This document shows positions 12,863 through 26,205 of a stretch of 64,000 nucleotides of DNA, one piece after another (position 1 is the first letter of the stretch; each line of letters starts with the position of its first letter). Location: the NCBI GenBank assembly GCA_964016885.1, contig OZ024754.1:29698001-29762000 (forward strand). The letters run 5' to 3'. This DNA comes from Eledone cirrhosa. Its lineage: Eukaryota. Below the pieces are notes generated by a model that did not search any database, was not told the DNA's origin, and saw nothing but the letters and a program-made list of their open reading frames with translations. The position numbers were made by a program, and so were the translations under genes.

Positions 12863-15800
12863 CTTGAATCTCAGTCATTGATGTTGGTTAACTGGAAAGT
12901 CCGTTGGATTGAATATCAAGCCACTACCTGCAGCCTCAGATATTCAGGACGTATCGGAGGGTTCTTGCTGTTCCAAGCAAGCATGCCTTTTGAAGCGTTC
13001 CAAAAAGCGTGAAGGGGCCGATTTTCTTTAACCATCGCTGGAAACCTTTGGAGATAGTCCCCAGTGCGCCTATGACAATCGGGATCACTTTGACTTCATG
13101 GCAGTTCCAAATCCTTTTCACCTCCCACTTTAGGTCCTGGTATCGGTTAATTTTCTCCCTCTCCTTCTCTTGCACTCTCGTGTCGAACGGGCAGGCCACA
13201 TCCACAATCAGGCACGATCTTTTTTCTTTGTCCACAACCACCAGGTCAGGTCTATTGTGTTCCAGTTTTTTGTCCGTCTGTATCCTAAAATCCCACAGCA
13301 CCTTCACCTGACTGTTCTCCATCACCGCCTCTGGCCTATGCTCATACCATTTCTCAGAATGTGGTAGATTGTTTACTTTGCACAGGTGCCAGTGGATCAC
13401 CCTGCCCATCACATCGTGTCTCCAGCCCTTATAGTGGGTCTGGGCTAGGTGTTTACACTCGGACACAATGTGAGCCACAGTCTCCTCTCTCTCTCCACAC
13501 ATCCTGCACAGTGGGCTAGCCTCCTCCTTGTAGATATGGTGCTTCAACCACTTCGTTTTGAGGGCCTGCTCCTGCGCAGCCATTAGCATTCCTTCTGTAG
13601 CCTTTTTGAGGTCTCCTCTTCTCAACCAGTTCCATGTCTGTGGATCTCTAAATTCAGTTTTCTCAAAGAAGGTACTATGAAGGGATTTTCCCTTAAGGCT
13701 GCTCTTCCTCCTTGATGTTATTTCCTCCTTGGATATCCCCTGGCCTACTGTCCCCTCCTTCAGTACAGCTCTGAGCATTGGCTCCTTACTATAGGTCACG
13801 TATTTGTATAGGTTGTTTTTCTCCATCTGAACACAGTCCTCTATGCTGATAAGACCTCTTCCACCCTCAGATCTCCTTAGGTAGAGTCTATCGACATCAC
13901 TCCTCTTGTGGAACATGTTGTAGATAGTCAATATCTTCCTAGTCTTCCTATCCATTTCTTTTTGTTCAGCAACATTCCATCTCAGAATTCCCGCACTGTA
14001 CCTAATAATAGACACAGCTCGGGAATTTACTGCGCTTATGGCATTTCTGCGGTTCAGATGTGACTTCAATACGCTCCTTACTCTCCGAATGTATTCAGTT
14101 CTTAACAATTCCTTCATTTTTTTGTTCTTTATGCCATCAGCCTCCAGAACGCCCAAATACTTGTATCCTTCCTCAGAGTCAATTTCCTTTATCATCTCAC
14201 CTGTTGGTATCTGGATCCCGTTACTTCTGCTCAACCTACCCCTCTTCATCACAATGACTCCACATTTACCAATACCAAACTGCATACATATATCACTGCT
14301 GAAAATACGGACAGTGTCAACAAGCACATCCAACTCCTTCTCACTTTTCCCGAAGAGCTTAAGATCGTCCATGAAGAGGAGGTGATTGATGGTAAGCTCT
14401 CCCCTTCCCAACTTGTATCCTGCTCTCACTTTTCGCAGCATAATGGTCAAGGGCATCAGGGCAAGGACAAACAACAGAGGGGACAGGCTATCTCCCTGGA
14501 AGATACCTCTCTTGATCTTCACGCTTCCCAAGGATACTCCAGTTGATGTCAACTCTGTCTCCCAGGACCCCATACTCCTGTCCAGCAACTGTCTGATGTT
14601 ATCTGCCACCCTGAAGATCTCCAGGCTTTTGGTGATCCAGGAATGAGGCACCATGTCAAATGCCTTTCTGTAGTCTATCCATCCCATGGCAAGATCAGTG
14701 TGTCTCCTCCTGCAATTCCCCATTACCATCTTATCAATAAGCAACTGGTCCTTTGTACCACGTGACTTCTTTCGGCATCCTTTCTGTTCGTCCGGTAACA
14801 AGTTGTTTGTGTGGAGGTGATGGTAGATTTCCTCAGACACAATGCTCGTCAACAGTTTCCACATTACGGGCAGACATGTGATAGGTCTATAGTTGGTAAC
14901 ATCATTACCCTTGATTCGGTCTTTCATTATCAGAACTGTGGTACCTTTTGTCAACCACTCTGGCACCTCACCCGACACCAAGCAGTCATTGAACATGGCC
15001 GTCAGCTTCGGGTGGAGGGATGTTAAATGTTTAATCCAATACCCCTGCACACCATCTGGGCCTGGTGATTTCCAGTTGGTTAGTTTTTTGGCTTGCCCCT
15101 TAAGAGTTTCAACTGTGATACTCAAATCAGTCTGTTGTTGTGCCTGCTCACCGATCTCCCTCTGTACTGTCTCAATCCACCCTGCCTGGGCATTGTGTCT
15201 AACATCCTGCTCCCATATTCCTCTCCAGAATGTTTTAGCTTGTTCCGCCCCAGGGATCAAGTCGTTGCCTCTTTCTTTCCCCTCAAGCTGTCCAAACAGC
15301 ATCTTCTGGTTGTTGTCGAACATGCGGTTCTGTTTATACTGACTGACTCTGTTCTCGTATCGCCTGATTTTGGCACTCTTTGCTACAATGCGTTGCTTCA
15401 ATTCCTCTATGATAATATTTAGCTTTTTACTCCTAGTTTTGTATTTTATTTCCAGTCTATTTTTAGTGCCTATGTTTTTTAGTGTCCCATTCAGTAGTGA
15501 CTCAAGCTTTCCTATGTCATTTCTCATTTCCCCGATTTGCCCACTCAGTCGCTTCTTCCACCACGGCTCTGCTCTTTCTTGTCTGTTGTTTCCTCTCGCT
15601 TTTATACCAAGTAGTTTCCTCACCGTATTTGCTGTTGCTTTGAGGATATTGTTGCACTGGTGAAGACTCCTCGCCTCAAGGTATGGGATGACTTTGTTTA
15701 CCTTAGCTGTTGTTTCTTTTAACTTTTTCCTGTCTACAAATCTTAGGTTCATAGGTCTCCCACTATCATTGTTCAACTCATCTACCACTAAATTTAGGAT

Positions 15801-16108
15801 GTCAACCGAATCTTGTCCTAGCCCGTCAGCATTCATCTCCTCAGTGGCCGTATCTCTGTTCCAGGTATTATTTATCTCAGTATTCAGATCATTGTCTGCT
15901 TCGGGTGGTTCCTCCGTTCTCAGGACCTCCTCACCTTCATTTCCCGCCGGCTCGCTTGTCTGGCATACTACACCCGCCATCTCCAAGCCATTCTCTCTGC
16001 TCAGTTCCTCCAGTTCCAGCTCGCTTATCCACCCATTAGTTCTTATTACCCGAGCCTGCCCGGCCAATTTTTGTTCATCTAATTTAAATAAACCAATCTC
16101 GTTCCAGA

Positions 16109-16110
<2 letters not shown>
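12863..16110 (-). mobile_element. Dong family A copy 3 (5'-truncated, ~3.25 kb, uninterrupted reading frame)
   Basis: ORF 12936..16067 (1043 aa) has RT (GIFQGDSLSP, LFMDDLK), CCHC finger, RHD and PD-(D/E)xK endonuclease. It is truncated at a TTAT microhomology with the target. Confidence 0.96.
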
Positions 16111-16178
<68 letters not shown>

Positions 16179-16179
<1 letters not shown>

Positions 16180-16728
16180 CTTGAATCTCAGTCATTGATG
16201 TTAGTTAACTGGAAAGTCCGTTGGAATGAATATCAAGCCACTACCTGCAGCCTCAGATATTCAGGACGTATCGGGGGGTTCTTGCTGTTCCCAGCAAGCA
16301 TGCCTTTTGAAGCTTTCCAAAAAGCGTGAAGGGGCCGATTTTCTTTAACCATCCCTGGAAACTTTTGGAGATAGTCCCTAGTGCGCCTATGACAATCGGG
16401 ATCACTTTGACTTCATGGCAGTTCCAAATCCTTTTTACCTCCCACTTTAATTCCTGGTATCGGTTAATTTTCTCCCTCCCCTTCTCTTGCACTCTCGTGT
16501 CGAATGGGCAGGCCACATCCACAATCAGGCACGATCTTTTTTCTTTGTCCACAACCACCAGGTCAGGTCTATTGTGTTCCAGTTTTTTGTCCGTCTGTAT
16601 CCTAAAATCCCACAGCACCTTCACCTGATTGTTCTCCATCACCGCCTCTGGCCTATGCTCATACCATTTCTCAGAATGTGGTAGCTTGTTTACTTTGCAC
16701 AGGTGCCAGTGGATCACCCTGCCCATCA

Positions 16729-16730
<2 letters not shown>
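16179..16730 (-). mobile_element. Dong family A copy 4 (5'-truncated, ~0.55 kb)
   Basis: Endonuclease C-terminus plus 3' UTR between (TTA)n tracts. Confidence 0.95.
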
Positions 16731-16802
<72 letters not shown>

Positions 16803-16803
<1 letters not shown>

Positions 16804-19800
16804 TCCTTGAGTCTCAGTCATTGATGTTAGTTAACTGGAAAGTTTGTTGGAATGAATATCAAGCCACTACCTGCAGCCTCAGATATTCAGGACGTATCGG
16901 AGGGTTCTTGCTGTTCCAAGCAAGCATGCCTTTTGAAGCGTTCCAAAAAGCGTGAAGGGGCCGATTTTCTTTAACCATCGCTGGAAACCTTTGGAGATAG
17001 TCCCCAGTGCGCCTATGACAATCGGGATCACTTTGACTTCATGGCAGTTCCAAATCCTTTTCACCTCCCACTTTAGGTCCTGGTATCGGTTAATTTTCTC
17101 CCTCTCCTTCTCTTGCACTCTCGTGTCGAACGGGCAGGCCACATCCACAATCAGGCACGATCTTTTTTCTTTGTCCACAACCACCAGGTCAGGTCTATTG
17201 TGTTCCAGTTTTTTGTCCGTCTGTATCCTAAAATCCCACAGCACCTTCACCTGACTGTTCTCCATCACCGCCTCTGGCCTATGCTCATACCATTTCTCAG
17301 AATGTGGTAGATTGTTTACTTTGCACAGGTGCCAGTGGATCACCCTGCCCATCACATCGTGTCTCCAGCCCTTATAGTGGGTCTGGGCTAGGTGTTTACA
17401 CTCGGACACAATGTGAGCCACAGTCTCCTCTCTCTCTCCACACATCCTGCACAGTGGGCTAGCCTCCTCCTTGTAGATATGGTGCTTCAACCACTTCGTT
17501 TTGAGGGCCTGCTCCTGCGCAGCCATTAGCATTCCTTCTGTAGCCTTTTTGAGGTCTCCTCTTCTCAACCAGTTCCATGTCTGTGGATCTCTAAATTCAG
17601 TTTTCTCAAAGAAGGTACTATGAAGGGATTTTCCCTTAAGGCTGCTCTTCCTCCTTGATGTTATTTCCTCCTTGGATATCCCCTGGCCTACTGTCCCCTC
17701 CTTCAGTACAGCTCTGAGCATTGGCTCCTTACTATAGGTCACGTATTTGTATAGGTTGTTTTTCTCCATCTGAACACAGTCCTCTATGCTGATAAGACCT
17801 CTTCCACCCTCAGATCTCCTTAGGTAGAGTCTATCGACATCACTCCTCTTGTGGAACATGTTGTAGATAGTCAATATCTTCCTAGTCTTCCTATCCATTT
17901 CTTTTTGTTCAGCAACATTCCATCTCAGAATTCCCGCACTGTACCTAATAATAGACACAGCTCGGGAATTTACTGCGCTTATGGCATTTCTGCGGTTCAG
18001 ATGTGACTTCAATACGCTCCTTACTCTCCGAATGTATTCAGTTCTTAACAATTCCTTCATTTTTTTGTTCTTTATGCCATCAGCCTCCAGAACGCCCAAA
18101 TACTTGTATCCTTCCTCAGAGTCAATTTCCTTTATCATCTCACCTGTTGGTATCTGGATCCCGTTACTTCTGCTCAACCTACCCCTCTTCATCACAATGA
18201 CTCCACATTTACCAATACCAAACTGCATACATATATCACTGCTGAAAATACGGACAGTGTCAACAAGCACATCCAACTCCTTCTCACTTTTCCCGAAGAG
18301 CTTAAGATCGTCCATGAAGAGGAGGTGATTGATGGTAAGCTCTCCCCTTCCCAACTTGTATCCTGCTCTCACTTTTCGCAGCATAATGGTCAAGGGCATC
18401 AGGGCAAGGACAAACAACAGAGGGGACAGGCTATCTCCCTGGAAGATACCTCTCTTGATCTTCACGCTTCCCAAGGATACTCCAGTTGATGTCAACTCTG
18501 TCTCCCAGGACCCCATACTCCTGTCCAGCAACTGTCTGATGTTATCTGCCACCCTGAAGATCTCCAGGCTTTTGGTGATCCAGGAATGAGGCACCATGTC
18601 AAATGCCTTTCTGTAGTCTATCCATCCCATGGCAAGATCAGTGTGTCTCCTCCTGCAATTCCCCATTACCATCTTATCAATAAGCAACTGGTCCTTTGTA
18701 CCACGTGACTTCTTTCGGCATCCTTTCTGTTCGTCCGGTAACAAGTTGTTTGTGTGGAGGTGATGGTAGATTTCCTCAGACACAATGCTCGTCAACAGTT
18801 TCCACATTACGGGCAGACATGTGATAGGTCTATAGTTGGTAACATCATTACCCTTGATTCGGTCTTTCATTATCAGAACTGTGGTACCTTTTGTCAACCA
18901 CTCTGGCACCTCACCCGACACCAAGCAGTCATTGAACATGGCCGTCAGCTTCGGGTGGAGGGATGTTAAATGTTTAATCCAATACCCCTGCACACCATCT
19001 GGGCCTGGTGATTTCCAGTTGGTTAGTTTTTTGGCTTGCCCCTTAAGAGTTTCAACTGTGATACTCAAATCAGTCTGTTGTTGTGCCTGCTCACCGATCT
19101 CCCTCTGTACTGTCTCAATCCACCCTGCCTGGGCATTGTGTCTAACATCCTGCTCCCATATTCCTCTCCAGAATGTTTTAGCTTGTTCCGCCCCAGGGAT
19201 CAAGTCGTTGCCTCTTTCTTTCCCCTCAAGCTGTCCAAACAGCATCTTCTGGTTGTTGTCGAACATGCGGTTCTGTTTATACTGACTGACTCTGTTCTCG
19301 TATCGCCTGATTTTGGCACTCTTTGCTACAATGCGTTGCTTCAATTCCTCTATGATAATATTTAGCTTTTTACTCCTAGTTTTGTATTTTATTTCCAGTC
19401 TATTTTTAGTGCCTATGTTTTTTAGTGTCCCATTCAGTAGTGACTCAAGCTTTCCTATGTCATTTCTCATTTCCCCGATTTGCCCACTCAGTCGCTTCTT
19501 CCACCACGGCTCTGCTCTTTCTTGTCTGTTGTTTCCTCTCGCTTTTATACCAAGTAGTTTCCTCACCGTATTTGCTGTTGCTTTGAGGATATTGTTGCAC
19601 TGGTGAAGACTCCTCGCCTCAAGGTATGGGATGACTTTGTTTACCTTAGCTGTTGTTTCTTTTAACTTTTTCCTGTCTACAAATCTTAGGTTCATAGGTC
19701 TCCCACTATCATTGTTCAACTCATCTACCACTAAATTTAGGATGTCAACCGAATCTTGTCCTAGCCCGTCAGCATTCATCTCCTCAGTGGCCGTATCTCT

Positions 19801-20051
19801 GTTCCAGGTATTATTTATCTCAGTATTCAGATCATTGTCTGCTTCGGGTGGTTCCTCCGTTCTCAGGACCTCCTCACCTTCATTTCCCGCCGGCTCGCTT
19901 GTCTGGCATACTACACCCGCCATCTCCAAGCCATTCTCTCTGCTCAGTTCCTCCAGTTCCAGCTCGCTTATCCACCCATTAGTTCTTATTACCCGAGCCT
20001 GCCCGGCCAATTTTTGTTCATCTAATTTAAATAAACCAATCTCGTTCCAGA

Positions 20052-20053
<2 letters not shown>
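16803..20053 (-). mobile_element. Dong family A copy 5 (duplicate of the copy 3 body with the 3' UTR of copy 7)
   Basis: ORF 16879..20010 translates the same as 12936..16067 and has the same truncation point. The 3' UTR variants match copy 7. Confidence 0.95.
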
Positions 20054-20124
<71 letters not shown>

Positions 20125-20125
<1 letters not shown>

Positions 20126-20674
20126 CTTGAATCTCAGTCATTGATGTTAGTTAACTGGAAAGTCCGTTGGAATGAATATCAAGCCACTACCTGCAGCCTC
20201 AGATATTCAGGACGTATCGGGGGGTTCTTGCTGTTCCCAGCAAGCATGCCTTTTGAAGCTTTCCAAAAAGCGTGAAGGGGCCGATTTTCTTTAACCATCC
20301 CTGGAAACTTTTGGAGATAGTCCCTAGTGCGCCTATGACAATCGGGATCACTTTGACTTCATGGCAGTTCCAAATCCTTTTTACCTCCCACTTTAATTCC
20401 TGGTATCGGTTAATTTTCTCCCTCCCCTTCTCTTGCACTCTCGTGTCGAATGGGCAGGCCACATCCACAATCAGGCACGATCTTTTTTCTTTGTCCACAA
20501 CCACCAGGTCAGGTCTATTGTGTTCCAGTTTTTTGTCCGTCTGTATCCTAAAATCCCACAGCACCTTCACCTGATTGTTCTCCATCACCGCCTCTGGCCT
20601 ATGCTCATACCATTTCTCAGAATGTGGTAGCTTGTTTACTTTGCACAGGTGCCAGTGGATCACCCTGCCCATCA

Positions 20675-20676
<2 letters not shown>
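20125..20676 (-). mobile_element. Dong family A copy 6 (duplicate of copy 4)
   Basis: ORF 20199..20675 translates the same as 16253..16729 and has the same truncation point. Confidence 0.95.
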
Positions 20677-20754
<78 letters not shown>

Positions 20755-20755
<1 letters not shown>

Positions 20756-21698
20756 TCCTTGAGTCTCAGTCATTGATGTTAGTTAACTGGAAAGTTTGTT
20801 GGAATGAATATCAAGCCACTACCTGCAGCCTCAGATATTCAGGACGTATCGGAGGGTTCTTGCTGTTCCAAGCAAGCATGCCTTTTGAAGCGTTCCAAAA
20901 AGCGTGAAGGGGCCGATTTTCTTTAACCATCCCTGGAAACTGTTTGAGATAGTCCCTAGTGCGCCTATGACAATCGGGATCACTTTGACTTCATGGCAGT
21001 TCCAAATCCTTTTTACTTCCCACTTTAATTCCTGGTATCGGTTAATTTTCTCCCTCCCCTTCTCTTGCACTCTCTTGTCGAACGGGCAGGCCACATCCAC
21101 AATCAGACACGATCTTTTTTCTTTGTCCACAACCACCAGGTCAGGTCTATTGTGTTCCAGTTTCTTGTCCGTCTGTATCCTAAAATCCCACAGCACCTTC
21201 ACCTGATCGTTCTCTATCACCGCCTCTGGCTTATGCTCATACCATTTCTCAGAATGTGGTAAGTTGTTTACTTTGCACAGGTGCCAGTGGATCACCCTGC
21301 CCATCACATCATGTCTCCAGCCCTTATAGTTGGTCTGGGCTAGGTGTTTACACTCGGATACAATGTGAGCCACAGTCTCCTCCCTCTCTCCACAGATCCT
21401 GCACAGTGGGCTAGCCTCCTCCTTGTAAATATGGTGTTTCAACCACTTCGTTTTGAGGGCATGCTCCTGCGCAGCCATTAACATTCCTTCTGTAGCCTTT
21501 TTAAGGTCTCCTCTTTTCAACCAGTTCCATGTCTGTGGATCTCTAAATTCAGTTTTCTCAAAGAAGGTACTATGAAGGGATTTTTCCTGAAGGCTGCTCT
21601 TTCTCCTTGATGTTATTTCCTCCTTGGACATCCCCTGGCCTATTGTCCCCTCCTTCAGTCCAGTTCTGAGCATTGGCTCCTTACTATAAGTCACGTAT
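20755..21698 (-). mobile_element. Dong family A copy 7 (5'-truncated, ~0.95 kb, more diverged variant)
   Basis: Zinc finger plus endonuclease with private substitutions (WLKRGD, AQEHAL, CRICGE), flanked by (TTA)n. Confidence 0.95.
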
Positions 21699-21737
21699 TT
21701 TATTATTATTATTATTATTATTATTGTTATTGTTATT

Positions 21738-24700
21738 CCTTGAATCTCAGTCATTGATGTTGGTTAACTGGAAAGTCCGTTGGATTGAATATCAAGCCAC
21801 TACCTGCAGCCTCAGATATTCAGGACGTATCGGAGGGTTCTTGCTGTTCCAAGCAAGCATGCCTTTTGAAGCGTTCCAAAAAGCGTGAAGGGGCCGATTT
21901 TCTTTAACCATCCCTGGAAACTTTTGGAGATAGTCCCCAGTGCGCCTATGACAATCGGGATCACTTTGACTTCATGGCAGTTCCAAATCCTTTTCAGCTC
22001 CCACTTTAGGTCCTGGTATCGGTTAATTTTCTCCCTCTCCTTCTCTTGCACTCTCGTGTCGAACGGGCAGGCCACATCCACAATCAGGCACGATCTTTTT
22101 TCTTTGTCCACAACCACCAGGTCAGGTCTATTGTGTTCCAGTTTTTTGTCCGTCTGTATCCTAAAATCCCACAGCACCTTCACCTGATTGTTCTCCATCA
22201 CCGCCTCTGGCCTATGCTCATACCATTTCTCAGAATGTGGTAGATTGTTTACTTTGCACAGGTGCCAGTGGATCACCCTGCCCATCACATCGTGTCTCCA
22301 GCCCTTATAGTGGGTCTGGGCTAGGTGTTTACACTCGGACACAATGTGAGCCACAGTCTCCTCTCTCTCTCCACACATCCTGCACAGTGGGCTAGCCTCC
22401 TCCTTGTAGATATGGTGCTTCAACCACTTCGTTTTGAGGGCCTGCTCCTGCTCAGCCATTAGCATTCCTTCTGTAGCCTTTTTGAGGTCTCCTCTTCTCA
22501 ACCAGTTCCATGTCTGTGGATCTCTAAATTCAGTTTTCTCAAAGAAGGTACTATGAAGGGGTTTTCCCTTAAAGCTGCTCTTCCTCCTTGATGTTATTTC
22601 CTCCCTGGACATCCCCTGGCCTACTGTCCCCTCCTTCAGTACAGTTCTGAGCATTGGCTCCTTACTATAGGTCACGTATTTGTATAGGTTGTTTTTCTCC
22701 ATCTGAACACAGTCCTCTATGCTGATAAGACCTCTTCCACCCTCAGATCTCCTTAGGTAGAGTCTATCGACATCACTCCTCTTGTGGAACATGTTGTAGA
22801 TAGTCAATAGCTTCCTAGTCTTCCTATCCATTTCTTTTTGTTCAGCAACATTCCATCTCAGAATTCCCGCACTGTACCTAATAATAGACACAGCTCGGGA
22901 ATTTACTGCGCTTATGGCATTTCTGCTGTTCAGATGTGACTTCAATACGCTCCTTACTCTCCGAATGTATTCAGTTCTTAACAATTCCTTCATTTTTTTG
23001 TTCTTTATGCCATCAGCCTCCAGAACGCCCAAATACTTGTATCCTTCCTCAGAGTCAATTTCCTTTATCATCTCACCTGTTGGTATCTGGATCCCGTTAC
23101 TTCTGCTCAACCTACCCCTCTTCATCACAATGACTCCACATTTACCAATACCAAACTGCATACATATATCACTGCTGAAAATACGGACAGTGTCAACAAG
23201 CACATCCAACTCCTTCTCACTTTTCCCGAAGAGCTTAAGATCGTCCATGAAGAGGAGGTGATTGATGGTAAGCTCTCCCCTTCCCAACTTGTATCCTGCT
23301 CTCACTTTTCGCAGCATAATGGTCAAGGGCATCAGGGCAAGGACAAACAACAGAGGGGACAGGCTATCTCCCTGGAAGATACCTCTCTTGATCTTCACGC
23401 TTCCCAAGGATACTCCAGTTGATGTCAACTCTGTCTCCCAGGACCCCATACTCCTGCCTAGCAACTGTCTGATGTTATCTGCCACCCTGAAGATCTCCAG
23501 GCTTTTGGTGATCCAGGAATGAGGCACCATGTCAAATGCCTTTCTGTAGTCTATCCATCCCATGGCAAGATCAGTGTGTCTCCTCCTGCAATTCCCCATT
23601 ACCATCTTATCAATAAGCAACTGGTCCTTTGTACCACGTGACTTCTTTCGGCATCCTTTCTGTTCGTCCGGTAACAAGTTGTTTGTGTGGAGGTGATGGT
23701 AGATTTCCTCAGACACAATGCTCGTCAACAGTTTCCACATTACGGGCAGACATGTGATAGGTCTATAGTTGGTAGCATCATTACCCTTGATTCGGTCTTT
23801 CATTATCAGAACTGTGGTTCCTTTTGTCAACCACTCTGGCACCACACCCGACACCAAGCAGTCATTGAACATGGCCGTCAGCTTCGGGTGGAGGGATGTT
23901 AGATGTTTAATCCAATACCCCTGCACACCATCTGGGCCTGGTGATTTCCAGTTGGTTAGTTTTTTGGCTTGCCCCTTAAGAGTTTCAACTGTGATACTCA
24001 AATCAGTCTGTTGCTGTGCCTGCCCACCGATCTCCCTCTGTACTGTCTCAATCCACCCTGCCTGGGCATTGTGTCTAACATCCTGCTCCCATATTCCTCT
24101 CCAGAATGTTTTAGTTTGCTCCGCCCCAGGGATCAAGTCGTTGCCTCTTTCTTTGCCCTCAAGCTGTCCAAACAGCATCTTCTGGTTGTTGTCGAACATG
24201 CGGTTCTGTTTATACTGACTGACTCTGTTCTCGTATCGCCTGATTTTGGCACTCTTTGCTACAATGCGTTGCTTCAATTCCTCTATCATAATATTTAGCT
24301 TTTTACTCCTAGTTTTGTATTTTATTTCCAGTCTATTTTTAGTGCCTATGTTTTTTAGTGTCCCATTCAGTAGTGACTCAAGCTTTCCTATGTCATTTCT
24401 CATTTCCCCGATTTGCCCACTCAGTCGCTTCTTCCACCACGGCTCTGCTCTTTCTTGTCTGTTGTTTCCTCTCGCTTTTATACCAGGTAGTTTCCTCACC
24501 GTATTTGCTGTTGCTCTGAGGATATTGTTGCACTGGTGAAGGCTCCTCGCCTCAAGGTATGGGATGACTTTGTTTACCTTAGCTGTTGTTTCTTTTAACT
24601 TTTTCCTGTCTACAAATCTTAGGTTCATAGGTCTCCCACTATCATTGTTCAATTCATCTACCACTAAATTTAGGATGTCAACCGAATCTTGTCCTAGCCC

Positions 24701-26205
24701 GTCAGCATTCATCTCCTCAGTGGCCGTATCTCTGTTCCAGGTATTATTTATCTCAGTACTCAGATCATTGTCTGCTTCGGGTGGTTCCTCCGTTGTCAGG
24801 ACCTCCTCACCTTCATTTCCCACCGGCTCGCTTGTCTGGCATACTACACCCGCCATCTCCAAGCCATTCTCTCTGCTCAGTTCCTCCAGTTCCAGCTCGC
24901 TTATCCACCCATTAGTTCTTATTACCCGAGCCTGCCCGGCCAATTTTTGTTCATCTAATTTAAATAAACCAATCTCGTTCCAGATGTTATGCATCCGTCT
25001 CCTGTAGCCCCTCTCTTTGGGGTTACTTTTCAGGTAGCATTGCATAACAGTTCTATTCAATTCTTTCGTCCAGTTGGTTCTGGCCCCTTTCCTTCTTCTC
25101 CTTCCTCCAACATCAGCAGTATTTGGTTGACAGTCAGGTTCCTGCTGCTGAGCCAGGGGGCACCTGTTGGGTGAGAGTCTGTCACATGACGTTCTAGTCT
25201 CCATTTCACCGTTATTCGAACTGTTTATGTTCGATATTTAAACACTCTTATCGAAGATTGGCGAATGTATGTTTACATAGCCATCTGTGGATCCGCCATC
25301 CCACTTGGCCCTTGTGTGGCATTATCACCACGCTGTATACGAACACACATAAACAAACAAACACACAGGCAGAAAGGGCCCCAAAAATGAATAAGCATAA
25401 GTTTCATTGTAATGTAGTGTTCGAATGTCTGACTTAGTTTTAGTTTTTTAAGTTTTACTTTTTCCCCCCTCTTCTCTGTCCGTCCGCCTGCTTCTCTCTT
25501 CATTCTTATTTTCTTTACGTTTTTGGGGTTTCTTTTTTTTTGTTTTTGTTTTTCTCTGTTTGTTTTTCTCGTTTTTTGCTGTTGTTGCTGTGCTGCTTTG
25601 GTTTTGTTGTTTGTTTTTTCTTTTTTCTTTTGGGTCTATCTATATATTTTGATGCCTTCCTCTTTGTTAGTAGTAGGAATTCTATAATGTGGAAGTAGCA
25701 GCCAGCAGGGAAGTGGGAGACTGGCGGCGCTAGCGATACTGAGACAGTGGTGGTGGTGATGTCGATACCGAGGCAGTGGTGGCGGTGATGTGACCGTATT
25801 ACTGTAGTGATGGTGCTGTAGCGGAGTCAAGGGGTGGTGGCGGCGGTGATGGGATAGTGGTGGTAATGATGGCCGTAGTGAGCGGTGGCGGTGAAGGTGA
25901 AAATGTGTCGTTATCTGGCTGTTGTGTTTAGTGTACACAGATGATGGGGTGGGTGGTGTATCTAGTTTCTGGTGTTGGTGAGTTTAGCTGTCCTATATAG
26001 TGTAGCCAGAGGAGAGGAGGGGAGGGGTTCTTCTTCCATTTATAGCCATTTTTTGGGGGGGGATATACAGTGTACAATACAAAGTTGAATATTTGAATAT
26101 TTGAGCCTTATAACAATATATTTTGGGTCCGAATTTTTTGGGGCTCAAGCCGGGTGCTTTACGTAGCATTTGTACTAAGAGTTGTTATTTCACAAATGGT
26201 TTAAA

